NCBI RefSeq assembly: GCF_036321535.1
Contig: NC_087437.1
Span: 5,394,001 to 5,458,000, forward strand
From: Camelus dromedarius
Lineage: Eukaryota
Length of the DNA stretch: 64,000 nucleotides
Direction of reading: 5' to 3'
Shown: positions 63,500 to 64,000 of the stretch, one piece after another
Numbering within the stretch: position 1 is the first letter of the stretch
Layout: each line of letters starts with the position of its first letter
Made by a program: the position numbers and the translations under genes
The notes under the pieces: model-generated
Told to the model about the DNA's origin: nothing
Seen by the model: the letters and a program-made list of their open reading frames with translations, nothing else
Database searches by the model: none

Positions 63500-64000
63500 C
63501 CTCAGCACATGTCCAACTGCTGGGGCACCAAAGTGAACCAGGGGACACAAAACAAAACAGAACAAGAACAGCCCCGCCCTCACGGACCTTAATTTCAGGA
63601 GCAGAGAAACAGATACTAGACACATTAAAAATAATGAATGAAGTTTTCATCTTAAAAGCACATCACGTAAAGACACGTGAGGCAGGGAAGAGGGATCGCA
63701 AGTACAGGGGAGGAGGCGCAATTTTAAAGAGCCCTCAGGGCAGAATTCCCCTGGAAGGTGACAGTGAGCAAGATCCCAAGGAAGGTGACAGAGCAATAAG
63801 GGGGCAGGTGCCACTGGCATGGTGGCCGCAGGTGCAAACGGCCGGAATGTCCCGGAGCTGCCCAGGTAGGTGGGGCCGGGCAGCCGTGGTCAGGATTCTG
63901 GCTTTGTCCCAAGTGAGATGGGAGCCCTCAGGTGGTTTCCAGCTCAGGGAAGACATAATCACTCTGACCCTGGGAAAAGGGAAACCAGATGGTGATGAGG
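63500..64000 (-). mobile_element. L2 LINE fragment (runs off the window)
   Basis: ggcagaattcccctggaaggtgacagtgagcaagatccc...gtgagatgggagccctcaggtggtttccagctcagggaagacataatc. Confidence 0.6.

Overview
Mammalian genomic DNA, very probably from a camelid (alpaca, vicuna, llama or camel), judged from 11 copies of a tRNA-Ala(AGC)-derived SINE of the Vic-1 type. The whole window lies inside the RFTN1 (raftlin) gene on the minus strand. It holds the first coding exon (53528-53680, ATG at 53672, MGCGLNKLEK...), a 51,516-bp phase-1 intron (2012-53527) and the next coding exon (1825-2011, AELPRSSAVRLASLRDLPAQLLELYQQGF...KKTDR). The rest is intron filled with L1 fragments (old and lineage-specific), MIR, L2, MaLR/ERVL/ERV1-like LTR sequence and hAT-type MITEs. 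I found no convincing novel multi-gene system. The notable signals are retrotransposition footprints: a short L1 3' transduction, a 5'-inverted L1, a SINE dimer with one shared TSD, a SINE with a triplicated 5' end, an orphan polyadenylated-looking insert and a local 80-bp duplication. There are also a few speculative B-cell enhancer motifs. Repeat family names come from recalled consensus sequences, and repeat boundaries are approximate unless a TSD is quoted.
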